A stretch of 64,000 nucleotides of DNA from Dehalococcoidia bacterium. GTDB lineage: Bacteria > Chloroflexota > Dehalococcoidia > Lucifugimonadales > UBA2962. Both the position numbers and the translations under genes were made by a program. Within the stretch, counting starts at the first letter, position 1, and each line of letters starts with the position of its first letter. Location: contig OZ220697.1 of the NCBI GenBank assembly GCA_965116605.1, positions 10,956 to 74,955 on the forward strand, given 5' to 3'. Shown here piece by piece: positions 10,422 through 19,262 of this stretch. The notes under the pieces were generated by a model. The model was not told the origin of the DNA and did not search any database. It worked only from the letters and a program-made list of their open reading frames with translations.

Positions 10422-11492
10422 GTGCTCGATAAACTGGCCGCCGTCGAGGAGCGCTTTGCCGAGATAGAGCGCCAGCTTGCCGACCCGGAGCTGTCGGCGG
10501 ACTTTCGGCGCTCGCAGGGCCTGCTCAAGGAGCACGCCAGTCTCCGGCATCTCGCCGAGCTCGGCGCGGAGTACAGGAGGGTCGTCAGCGAATCGGTCGA
10601 CCTCAGGGCCATGGTCCGGGATGAGTCGGACAAGGAGATGGTGGATCTGGCCCGTGCCGAGCTGGCGGTCCTGGAGCGTCGAAAGACAGAGCTTGAGGAA
10701 GGACTGAGACTGGCACTACTTCCCAAGGACCCCAATGACTCAAAGAACGTCATCATGGAGATAAGGGCCGGTACGGGCGGCGAGGAGGCGGCGCTCTTCG
10801 CCTCCGACCTTTACCGCCTGTACTCCAGGTATGCACAGAGGAGGGGCTGGGTGGTCGACGTGGTATCGACCAGTGAGTCGGAGACCGGAGGGATAAAGGA
10901 GATCGTCCTTCAGGTGCAGGGAGAAGGGGCCTACAGTGCGCTAAAGCACGAGAGCGGCGGCCACCGCGTTCAGCGCATCCCGGTTACTGAGTCCAGCGGG
11001 CGAATCCACACCTCGGCGGCCACCGTGGCCGTTCTACCGGAGGCGGAGGAGGTGGACCTGGACATCAGGGGCGAGGATCTCGACATCGACATCTTCCACG
11101 CAAGCGGCCACGGCGGCCAGAACGTTCAGAAGGTCGCCACCGCGGTGAGGATTACGCACAGTCCGACGGGCATCGTTGCGATCTGCCAGGACGAGCGCTC
11201 GCAGTACAAGAACAAGGAAAAGGCCATGTCGGTGCTCAGGTCCCGGCTCTATGCGCGGGAGGTGGAGCGCCAGCAGCGTGAGATCAGCGAGCAGCGCCGT
11301 TCCCAGGTCGGCACGGGTGATCGGTCCGAGCGCGTGCGCACCTACAACTTTCCCCAGAGCAGGGTGACCGATCATCGCACCGGGCACTCCCAGTACAACC
11401 TGGAGGAGGTGATGGATGGTGACATTCAGCCGTTCGTCGACGCCCTGATTGGCTACGAGCAGGAGCTCAAGCTCGAGGCCGCCGGTATCTGA
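10422..11492 (+). CDS. prfA: Peptide chain release factor 1
   Basis: EIRAGTGGEEA, HRVQRIPVTES (PxT motif), GGQ, RTYNFPQ. Confidence 0.97.
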   Translation: MLDKLAAVEERFAEIERQLADPELSADFRRSQGLLKEHASLRHLAELGAEYRRVVSESVDLRAMVRDESDKEMVDLARAELAVLERRKTELEEGLRLALLPKDPNDSKNVIMEIRAGTGGEEAALFASDLYRLYSRYAQRRGWVVDVVSTSESETGGIKEIVLQVQGEGAYSALKHESGGHRVQRIPVTESSGRIHTSAATVAVLPEAEEVDLDIRGEDLDIDIFHASGHGGQNVQKVATAVRITHSPTGIVAICQDERSQYKNKEKAMSVLRSRLYAREVERQQREISEQRRSQVGTGDRSERVRTYNFPQSRVTDHRTGHSQYNLEEVMDGDIQPFVDALIGYEQELKLEAAGI

Positions 11493-11505
11493 CCGGTCCG
11501 GTCCG

Positions 11506-12366
11506 GTGGACCTGCGCCGGGCATGGACCGAGGCCCGGGAGCGGCTCGTCGAGGCCGCCGTAGAGGATGCATGGCTCGAGGCCGAGGTGCTGGCGCGCCA
11601 CGTGCTGGGCATCGACAGGTCCACCTTCTACTCCCGACTCGCCGATGAGATCACCGCCGCACAGGCGAGTGAACTAAGGCGCCTGGTCGGACGCCGCATC
11701 GGCCGCGAGCCGCTCGCCTACATAACCGGGGTCAGGGAGTTCTACGGTATGGATTTCGCCGTCTCGCCGGATGTGCTCGTACCCCGCCAGGAGTCGGAGT
11801 TGCTCGTCGAGCTTGCCCTTGAGCGGATCAGGGGACTCACCCACCCTCGGGTGCTGGATGTCGGAACCGGGAGCGGGTGCATAGCGCTTGCCATCTCGGC
11901 GAACGCGCCGGGCGCCGTTGTCCATGCGATCGAGCCTAGCGAGGGAGCGCTTGCGATCGCCGGGCGCAACCGCCGGGCCCACGGCCTGGACGGTCGGGTC
12001 GCCATCCATCATGGGAGCTACCTGGCGCCCGTGGTCGGTGCGATGGAGCGGTTCGACCTGATCGTTTCCAATCCCCCGTACATACCCTCTCCCGTGCTGG
12101 AGACGCTGCCGGACGAAGTTCGGGCCGAGCCCGCAATGTCGCTGGATGGAGGCCCGGACGGGCTGGGGCCCACCCGGACCCTTCTTTCCCAGGCGCCGAA
12201 CGCGCTCTCGGACGGAGGGAGGCTGCTGGTGGAGATCTACTCTGACAGTGCCCGCCGCGTCGCCGCCTTATCGGCCCGCCTTCTCCCGGAGATCGATGTG
12301 GCACTGCACGACGATCTCCTCGGTTTGCCACGGGTTCTCGAGGTCGGCCCCATGAGGCGCTCTTGA
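11506..12366 (+). CDS. prmC: Release factor glutamine methyltransferase
   Basis: EPLAYITG, VLVPRQESE, DVGTGSGCIA, SNPPY; follows prfA. Confidence 0.94.
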   Translation: MDLRRAWTEARERLVEAAVEDAWLEAEVLARHVLGIDRSTFYSRLADEITAAQASELRRLVGRRIGREPLAYITGVREFYGMDFAVSPDVLVPRQESELLVELALERIRGLTHPRVLDVGTGSGCIALAISANAPGAVVHAIEPSEGALAIAGRNRRAHGLDGRVAIHHGSYLAPVVGAMERFDLIVSNPPYIPSPVLETLPDEVRAEPAMSLDGGPDGLGPTRTLLSQAPNALSDGGRLLVEIYSDSARRVAALSARLLPEIDVALHDDLLGLPRVLEVGPMRRS

Positions 12367-13268
12367 TGGCAGAATTCGAGTTCCGTCAGATCGATGTGTT
12401 TACTGATCGTCCCCTTGCCGGCAACCCGCTGTCGGTGGTGCTGGATGCCGACGAACTGGATGGCGAGACGATGCAGGCGGTCGCGGCCGAGACCAACCTG
12501 TCTGAGACGGCGTTTGTACTGCGACCTACCGAGCCCACTGCGGACTACAGGCTTCGTATATTCACCCCGAAAAGGGAGTTGCCGTTCGCCGGTCATCCCA
12601 GCGTGGGAACCGCCTTCGCGCTTCTGCAGGAGGGGCGTTTCGGGTCACCCGAAAAGGACCTGTCCGTGCGCCAGGAGGTCGGTATAGGGGTGCTGCCGAT
12701 CAAGATCGAATCGACCGGGAATGGCCCTCTGATCACGATGACGCAGGGCAGGCCCGAGGTCTCTGAGCGGGTGGAGGACGCGGTTGACATCGCGTCCGCA
12801 CTTGGATGCGCGGCCGATGAGGTGTCGCATTCGAGTCCGGGGCCGCGCGTCGCTTCGACCGGCCTGAGGCAGCTGATGGTGCCAATGGTGAGCGTCGAGG
12901 CCGTCTCCCTGCTGAGCCCCGAATGGTCTGCGCTTTCGCTGATGGAGCGGCGGCTGGACGTGACCGGGATCAGCGCCTTCGCCTGTGATGGACACGCCAG
13001 TGTCCGCTGCCGATTTTTCAGTCCACGATCGGGGATCATGGAGGACCCTGCCACGGGCAGCGCGGCCGGGGCACTGGGCGCCTACATGGCGGTCGAGGGG
13101 ATGCTGGATGTGGAGGGAGGAACGGCGGGCGTGACCGTTTATCAGGGCCTCGAGATCCGCAGGCCGAGCCGCATAGATGTCAGGGTGAGAGCCGACGGCC
13201 GCGTCCCGACGCTAGTTGAGGTCGGCGGGCGCTGCGTGACCGTCCTGAGGGGGAAGCTGTCGATCTAG
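12366..13268 (+). CDS. PhzF-family epimerase/isomerase
   Basis: DVFTDRPLAGNP, NLSETAF, RIFTPKRELPFAGHP, EDPATGSA; TGATG coupling to prmC. Confidence 0.92.
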   Translation: MAEFEFRQIDVFTDRPLAGNPLSVVLDADELDGETMQAVAAETNLSETAFVLRPTEPTADYRLRIFTPKRELPFAGHPSVGTAFALLQEGRFGSPEKDLSVRQEVGIGVLPIKIESTGNGPLITMTQGRPEVSERVEDAVDIASALGCAADEVSHSSPGPRVASTGLRQLMVPMVSVEAVSLLSPEWSALSLMERRLDVTGISAFACDGHASVRCRFFSPRSGIMEDPATGSAAGALGAYMAVEGMLDVEGGTAGVTVYQGLEIRRPSRIDVRVRADGRVPTLVEVGGRCVTVLRGKLSI

Positions 13269-13290
13269 CGGTGGGGGCCGCCCCGACCGA

Positions 13291-14430
13291 TCAGTGGCCT
13301 CCGAGTTGAAAGTGCTTGCCCTCGGTCTTTATCGCCGGTGCGACCACCATCTCGGCGCGGTGCATCTCCCTGACGTTGTAGGCGCCGATCATCCCCATGC
13401 AGATCTTCAGGGCGCCGACGAGGTTCTGTGTTCCGTCGGTCTTGGAGGTGGGCCCGAACAGTATCTGGCCGAGCGAGCCCTTGACGCCTACCTTGACCCG
13501 GGTTCCCCTGGGCAGATCGGGATGAGGGCTGGCCATGCCCCAGTTGTGGCCACCGCCCGGGGCCTCTTCCGCCTGCGCTAAAGGTGTGCCGATCATCACC
13601 GCGTCGGCGCCGCTGACGAAGGACTTGCACACATCCCCGCCCGTCCGGATGCCCCCATCGGTGATGATGGGCACATATCGGCCGGTGCGCCTGAGGTACT
13701 CGTCCCGGGCGGCGGCGACGTTTATCGTCGCGGTCACCTGGGGGACGCCCACTCCGGTCACCTCGCGGGTCGTGCAGGCCGCCCCCGGCCCCACGCCGAC
13801 CAGGACTCCGTTGATGCCGGTCTCCATCAGCTCCAGCGCGACGTCATATGAAACGCAGTTGCCGACCACTACGGGCACGTTGATCATCTCCAGCAGCTCG
13901 GAGAAGATCAGGCCGCGCTTGCTCTTGGAGAGGTGCCGGGCGGTGGTGACGGTCGACTGGACGAATATGAGGTCCGCACCTGCGTCGGCGGCAACCGGTG
14001 CCATGCGCTTGGTGCTGGCGGGGGTGACGGAGACGGCGCAGCGGGCGCCGGTCTTTTTTATGTCGCCCACGCGATCACCGATCAGGTTCTCCTTGATGGG
14101 CTCGGAATACACGTCCTGGAGGACCTGTGTGGCCTCTTTCTCGGGGGCTGCCACGACCCTGCTGAGGGGTTCCGTCGGGTCCTCGTAGCGTGTCTGCACC
14201 CCCTCCAGGTTCATGACGGCCAGGCCGCCGGCCTTCTCCATGTGTCCGGCGAACTCAGGTGAAACTATTGCGTCCATCGCCGAGGCGAGGACGGGAATGT
14301 CGAACGACTGGCCGTCGAGGGAGAACTGGGTGTTGGCCTGGTCGGGATTGATGGTAACGTCCCCGGGTACTATCGCAACCTCGTCGAATCCGTATGCCCG
14401 GGTCAACTCCTTCATCTTGGCAGCAGACAT
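13291..14430 (-). CDS. guaB3: GuaB3-family IMP dehydrogenase-related protein (no CBS pair)
   Basis: AYGFDEVAIVPG, ASAMD, GVGPGAACTT catalytic Cys, DGGIRTGGDVCK, WGMA. Confidence 0.9.
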   Translation of the reverse strand: MSAAKMKELTRAYGFDEVAIVPGDVTINPDQANTQFSLDGQSFDIPVLASAMDAIVSPEFAGHMEKAGGLAVMNLEGVQTRYEDPTEPLSRVVAAPEKEATQVLQDVYSEPIKENLIGDRVGDIKKTGARCAVSVTPASTKRMAPVAADAGADLIFVQSTVTTARHLSKSKRGLIFSELLEMINVPVVVGNCVSYDVALELMETGINGVLVGVGPGAACTTREVTGVGVPQVTATINVAAARDEYLRRTGRYVPIITDGGIRTGGDVCKSFVSGADAVMIGTPLAQAEEAPGGGHNWGMASPHPDLPRGTRVKVGVKGSLGQILFGPTSKTDGTQNLVGALKICMGMIGAYNVREMHRAEMVVAPAIKTEGKHFQLGGH

Positions 14431-14670
14431 GTGCTCATCCCCAAATGTGGTGGTAGGTTGTTGATCATTGAGAAAGAAAATGGTGGCTAGGTCAAGCATA
14501 TTCCTGCCTGAGAACCCCGGTCAACAAGGCGTCTCTGGAGGCCCCGGGAAGGTGTCCCGGTCCATTCGCAAGGGGGGCCCGGGACGCCCCGCCGCGGCGC
14601 GGGCCGGTCGAGGCTTCGGCCGGCATGCCGTCGGCCTCGCGCGCTTCGGGTCCTGGAGGGTTTTGGGCAA

Positions 14671-15816
14671 TTGACCGGCCTTGAGACCAGGGTAAAGAAG
14701 CTGGGCCTGTCCGCCGGGTTCGACCTGGTGGGCATAACCGGTGCCGAGCCGTTCCTGCGCGATGAGGAGGCGGCCGTTGAGCGTGTGCGGGCCGGCCTGA
14801 TGGACGGTCTGGACTGGTACACCGAGGATCGCGTCCGCCTGGCCAACAGACCGGCTGAATTGCTGGAGGGGGCTCGATCGGTCGTCTCGCTCGCCGTCAG
14901 CTACAACACCCGGAAGCGGGTTGGGGATCGCCAGATTACCGGCAGGGTGGCCCGGTATGCGTGGGGTGAGGACTACCACAAGGTGATAAAGCGGCGCCTG
15001 AAAAAGTTCGTTGAGGGGCTTCCCGAGGTCGTTGGACGTCCTGTCAGGACGAGGGTATTCGTGGACGACGGGCCCATGAACGACCGCGCAGCCGCCGAAC
15101 GCGCAGGGGTGGGCTGGTTCGGCAAGAGCACCAATGTGCTGACCACAGCGTACGGCTCCTGGGTCTTCCTCTCGCAGGTTGTCACCGACCTTCCCCTTCG
15201 GCCCGACCCGCCGCTGAGCAAGACCTGCGGGGCATGCACCGCGTGCATCGTGGACTGCCCGACGGGTGCGATCGTCGCTCCCTACGTGGTCGACAATTCC
15301 AGGTGCATCTCGTTCCTGACCATAGAGCTTCGGGGCGGCATTCCCCTAAAGATGCGGCCGATGATCGGCGACTGGGTCTTCGGCTGCGACATCTGCCAGG
15401 ATGTCTGCCCCGTCAACCGCAAGGCGATCGGGTCGCTGGAGCCCCAGTTCGCCCAGCGCCACGATTTCTCGGCACCTGCCCTGCTGCCGCTGCTGGAGTT
15501 GACGGACGAGGGATTCGCAGAGCGGTTCCGCAACAGTCCTATCAGGCGGGCGAAACGCGTGGGCCTTCAGAGAAACGTATGCGTTGCTCTCGGGAACATC
15601 GGAGACCCGTCGGCCGTGGCGGCCCTTGCACGAGTCCTGCGCGGGGCCAACGAGCCCATGCTGCGTGGGCACGCGGCCTGGGCGCTGGGCCGCATCGGCG
15701 GACAGGCCGCCGCCGATGCGCTCAGGACTGCCCTGGGAGCCGGTGACGAGCCTGAGGTCGAAGGCGAGATAGAGGCGGCGCTCGCGGCGGTAGGGACGGA
15801 ACCGGAGCTTCCATGA
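14671..15816 (+). CDS. queG: Epoxyqueuosine reductase
   Basis: ARYAWGEDYH, CGACTACIVDCPTGA, CISFLTIE, GCDICQDVCP, HEAT-like C-terminus. Confidence 0.95.
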   Translation: MTGLETRVKKLGLSAGFDLVGITGAEPFLRDEEAAVERVRAGLMDGLDWYTEDRVRLANRPAELLEGARSVVSLAVSYNTRKRVGDRQITGRVARYAWGEDYHKVIKRRLKKFVEGLPEVVGRPVRTRVFVDDGPMNDRAAAERAGVGWFGKSTNVLTTAYGSWVFLSQVVTDLPLRPDPPLSKTCGACTACIVDCPTGAIVAPYVVDNSRCISFLTIELRGGIPLKMRPMIGDWVFGCDICQDVCPVNRKAIGSLEPQFAQRHDFSAPALLPLLELTDEGFAERFRNSPIRRAKRVGLQRNVCVALGNIGDPSAVAALARVLRGANEPMLRGHAAWALGRIGGQAAADALRTALGAGDEPEVEGEIEAALAAVGTEPELP

Positions 15817-15901
15817 ACCGCCGACCGACCACGCCCGCTGTGGGAACATTTGCCCGAGTACTCGGGAAGGGAGGTACAGGAGTCTGTTTTCGATCGGATC
15901 T

Positions 15902-16198
15902 GTGATGAAACTCAGGCCCGGCGGATATGCCGGCTACAAAAAGGCGCATGACGAGCTCTGGCCGGAACTCGCCGAGGTGATCGCGGGCGCCGGGGTGAGC
16001 ATGGTGATCTACAAGCACGGAGACCTGCTATTCGTACACGGCGTGGCCCCCAGCGAGGAGGACTGGCACAGGGTGCGAGGGGAGGTGGTGGATCGCTGGA
16101 TGGAGTGGATGAGGGATTTTCTGGAGACCGACGAGACCGGGAAATCGATAGTGATTCCGCTCGAGCAGGCCTTTTCCTTCGGGATCTTCAGAAGCTAG
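15902..16198 (+). CDS. L-rhamnose mutarotase-family protein
   Basis: MKLRPG..Y.K.HDELWPEL and RW.EWM pattern of the RhaM/DUF718 family. Confidence 0.75.
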   Translation: MMKLRPGGYAGYKKAHDELWPELAEVIAGAGVSMVIYKHGDLLFVHGVAPSEEDWHRVRGEVVDRWMEWMRDFLETDETGKSIVIPLEQAFSFGIFRS

Positions 16199-16254
16199 GC
16201 AAGGATCGCCGGCGCCACGTTCCCCTGGCCTGCCCGGCGGAGCGGCAATGGCGA

Positions 16255-17148
16255 TTACAGGCTCAACTCGAGCTGTCTGGGACGGGCGCGGTCACGCGCG
16301 AGCTGCATGCCGGCAAAGCCCTGTTCCCGCCTGACGAGCGCCACCTTTTCGTCGATCCGGCCCGCCACGTCCCTTCGCGCGTATGCTCCCGGGTAGACGC
16401 TGAAGAGGTCGCCCTCGATATCCGGGTAGCTATCACGGACGAAGGCCGTGAAGTAGTCTCTTGTACCGTCCTTTAGGTAGAGGGTGCCGCCCCACAGGAA
16501 CTGCGCGCCGTGGTCGGCGGCCTGGGAGGCCACACGCTGCATGCCGGCCAGGTCATCTGTCAGCCCGGGAATGATGGGGGCCATGCTGACCCCCGCTCTA
16601 ATGCCGGCCTGAGCCAGCGCCTTAAGGGCCCTGAGCCGCTTTGCCGGGGGCGGCGTACCCGGCTCCAGGCGCCTGGACAGCTCCGGGTCGACGGTCGGGA
16701 TGCTCACCGTTACCGAGCTGTCCGTCCGGCGCGCCAGGTCGGAGAGGACATCGACGTCCCGGATTACCAAGGTGCCCTTGGTGATCAGCCCCACCGGGCT
16801 CCTCCAATCGGCGAAAGCCTCCAGGCACTTCCGTGTTATGCGGTATTTCCCCTCGATGGGTTGATAAGGGTCGGTGGCCGTTCCGAAGGCGACCGTCTCG
16901 CGGCGCCAGCATCGAGCCGACAGCTCCCGCCTGAGCAGGGTGGGGGCATTCGTCTTGACGAAAATGGTGCCTGTAAAGTCCCTGCCAGGTCCCAGGTCGA
17001 AATGGGAGTGGAAGCGGCGCGCAAAGCAGTAGTGACAGCCATGCACGCAGCCGCGGTACGGGTTCAGGGACCAGCGGAAAGCCATGCCCGAAACGCGGTT
17101 GAGCGCACTCTTGGAGGTTATTGGCCGGTAGTCGGGCCTCGGCTTCAT
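16255..17148 (-). CDS. SplB-like radical SAM protein (Rv2578c family)
   Basis: SLNPYRGCVHGCHYCFAR, GTATDPYQPIE, TKGTLVIRD, LEPGTP, APIIPGLTD; ATGA overlap with recQ. Confidence 0.92.
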   Translation of the reverse strand: MKPRPDYRPITSKSALNRVSGMAFRWSLNPYRGCVHGCHYCFARRFHSHFDLGPGRDFTGTIFVKTNAPTLLRRELSARCWRRETVAFGTATDPYQPIEGKYRITRKCLEAFADWRSPVGLITKGTLVIRDVDVLSDLARRTDSSVTVSIPTVDPELSRRLEPGTPPPAKRLRALKALAQAGIRAGVSMAPIIPGLTDDLAGMQRVASQAADHGAQFLWGGTLYLKDGTRDYFTAFVRDSYPDIEGDLFSVYPGAYARRDVAGRIDEKVALVRREQGFAGMQLARDRARPRQLELSL

Positions 17149-19130
17149 GCGTGGGCGGCGGCCCCGGCATTTATTATGCTCAGCACCTCCGGACCCAGCG
17201 TGCCCAGCTTGGCCGGTCCAACGCCCCTGACGCGCATCAGGGAATCGCGGTCCCGGGGCAGGGCGGTCACGAGCTCTTTCAGTGTCCGGTCCGAGAACAC
17301 CATGTAGGCGGGCACACCGTCCCGCCTGGCACGATCGGCCCTCCATTTCCTCAGCCTGGAGTAGAGGGGGTCGGATTCGGAGACCGCGGGCGCCGGGGTA
17401 GCGGTGCCGGGGGCGACAAAAGAGTGCTGCAGCCTGCGCCGAAGGCGAGGGGGCGCACTTTGGTTGGCCTGTTCCCATGCGGCGATGGTCCGAAGGATTC
17501 TCCGGCCGAACCAGTTCGCCTTGACCTCACCTATGCCCCAGGTCTCCATGAGCTCGTCAATGTCGCGAGGCCTGTAGGTTGCCAGCTCCCTGACGGACCT
17601 CGACTCCAGGACCTGGTAGGGCGCCCTGGATGTCCGCCTGGCTAACTTGTCTCGAAGGTCGATGAGCGCCTCATAAAGTGACGGGGGGTATTCGGTCCGG
17701 GTCTCGTCTGGCCGCTGGATGCAGCTATCGCAGGCCGTGCAGGACTTGGCAGGGCTCTCCCCGAAATACCGCAGGATCATCGCCCGCCTGCAGCCCTTCG
17801 CCTCGGAGTATTCGACCATCTGGGCCAGGCGGTCCTCGACGTATCGCTTGTGCGTGGTGACAGTGGAAAAGTCGATATGGGCGTCCGGATCGTCCGAGAG
17901 GGGACGCAGCGAGCCGTGGTCCACCAGGCCACAGGCCCTCAGGGCGGCCAGCGTGGCGGCAAAACCGTCCGCTCCACGGTCTAGCCCTGCGTTCAGCTCA
18001 GGGTCAGACGCTCCTGTCGAGCAGGCTGAGACCAGCGATATCCAGGCCTGCCGCACCTGCCGTTCATCGGGATGGCCGCGCTCGATGAATTGGCGTTGGG
18101 CGGCGATGTCATGGCCCCCGTACAGGAGGATGCAATCGGCGGCCTCGCCGTCCCTCCCCGCCCTGCCCGCCTGCTGGTAGTAGGCCTCCAGACGACCGGG
18201 CATGTTGAAGTGGATCACGAAGCGTACGTCGGGCTTGTCGACTCCCATGCCAAAGGCATTGGTGGCGACGATCACGGGTGCGTCGTCGATCGTGAACCGG
18301 TGCTGCGCGGCGTCGCGCCGCTCCATGTCCATGCCTGCATGGTAGGGCTCTGCCGGAATGCCGGCCTCGGTCAGCATGCAGGCGAGTTCGTCGACCATGC
18401 GACGGGTGCGGGCGTAGACGATGCCGGGCCTGGACCTGCGCTCGGTGAGCAGCTGCGTCAGGCGCTCACGCCTGGCCGACAGATCCGGGATGTGCTCGAC
18501 GGAAAACCTCAAGTTGGGCCGGTCTACAGAGGTGACCACCCGTTCGGCCTCGCGGATGCCCAGTCGATTCAGGATGTCGTCCTGGACGGCGGGCTCGGCC
18601 GTGGCGGTTAGGGCCAGGGTCCTCGGCGATCCTATGGTCTGGCGCACGGAGCCCAGCGTCAGGTAATCGGGCCGAAAGTCGTGGCCCCACTCAGATACGC
18701 AGTGGGCTTCATCTATAGCCAGTAGATCTACTCCGGCCTTTCGCAGACCTTCGACGAACCTACCGTTGGCAAATCGCTCCGGAGCGACGTAGAGCAGATC
18801 CACCTCTCGCCGCACGAAGGCCAAGTAGCTGGCGTTCTGGCCGCCCCTGTCGAGAGAGGAGTTGATGAACGCGGCGCGCACGCCCGCGCTCCTGAGCGAG
18901 TGGACCTGGTCGCGCATCAGCGCTATGAGCGGGGAGACCACGACCGTGCGTCCGTGCGACATGGCCGGCAGCACATAGCAAAGACTCTTGCCTGAGCCGG
19001 TGGGCATGACGCCCAGCACATCGCTGTCAGCCAGCCGTGTCAGCACCTGCTCCTGGCCTGGCCGAAACTCCGGGTATCCGAACACCCTGTTCATAAGTGC
19101 CCGGTGGGAATTTAGGTCGGACGCGGCCAC
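17145..19130 (-). CDS. recQ: RecQ-family DNA helicase with two HRDC domains
   Basis: MPTGSGKSLCY, DEAHCVSEWGHDFRPDY, ATNAFGMGVDK, QQAGRAGRDG, CRR..CTACDSC, two HRDC-like repeats; the ORF-track extension to 19961 is antisense to the VWA gene. Confidence 0.95.
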   Translation of the reverse strand: MAASDLNSHRALMNRVFGYPEFRPGQEQVLTRLADSDVLGVMPTGSGKSLCYVLPAMSHGRTVVVSPLIALMRDQVHSLRSAGVRAAFINSSLDRGGQNASYLAFVRREVDLLYVAPERFANGRFVEGLRKAGVDLLAIDEAHCVSEWGHDFRPDYLTLGSVRQTIGSPRTLALTATAEPAVQDDILNRLGIREAERVVTSVDRPNLRFSVEHIPDLSARRERLTQLLTERRSRPGIVYARTRRMVDELACMLTEAGIPAEPYHAGMDMERRDAAQHRFTIDDAPVIVATNAFGMGVDKPDVRFVIHFNMPGRLEAYYQQAGRAGRDGEAADCILLYGGHDIAAQRQFIERGHPDERQVRQAWISLVSACSTGASDPELNAGLDRGADGFAATLAALRACGLVDHGSLRPLSDDPDAHIDFSTVTTHKRYVEDRLAQMVEYSEAKGCRRAMILRYFGESPAKSCTACDSCIQRPDETRTEYPPSLYEALIDLRDKLARRTSRAPYQVLESRSVRELATYRPRDIDELMETWGIGEVKANWFGRRILRTIAAWEQANQSAPPRLRRRLQHSFVAPGTATPAPAVSESDPLYSRLRKWRADRARRDGVPAYMVFSDRTLKELVTALPRDRDSLMRVRGVGPAKLGTLGPEVLSIINAGAAAHA

Positions 19131-19136
19131 GTCCAG

Positions 19137-19154
19137 AGTATAGAACAAACGTGC
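19137..19154 (-). promoter_or_regulatory. recQ -10 element (TATACT) abutting a LexA-type box GAACAAACGTGC (19143-19154)
   Basis: Same GAAC-N4-GTGC pattern as the two boxes in the lexA promoter. Confidence 0.75.
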
Positions 19155-19262
19155 GCATGGCGGCAATTGGAACAAAGTGGCTCTCGGCTTCGTCCATATG
19201 CCACGAGCATGGAGTCGGAAGTTTCCGGCAGGAGTGCGCAAGTTCGAATGGGAGGTGCACGG

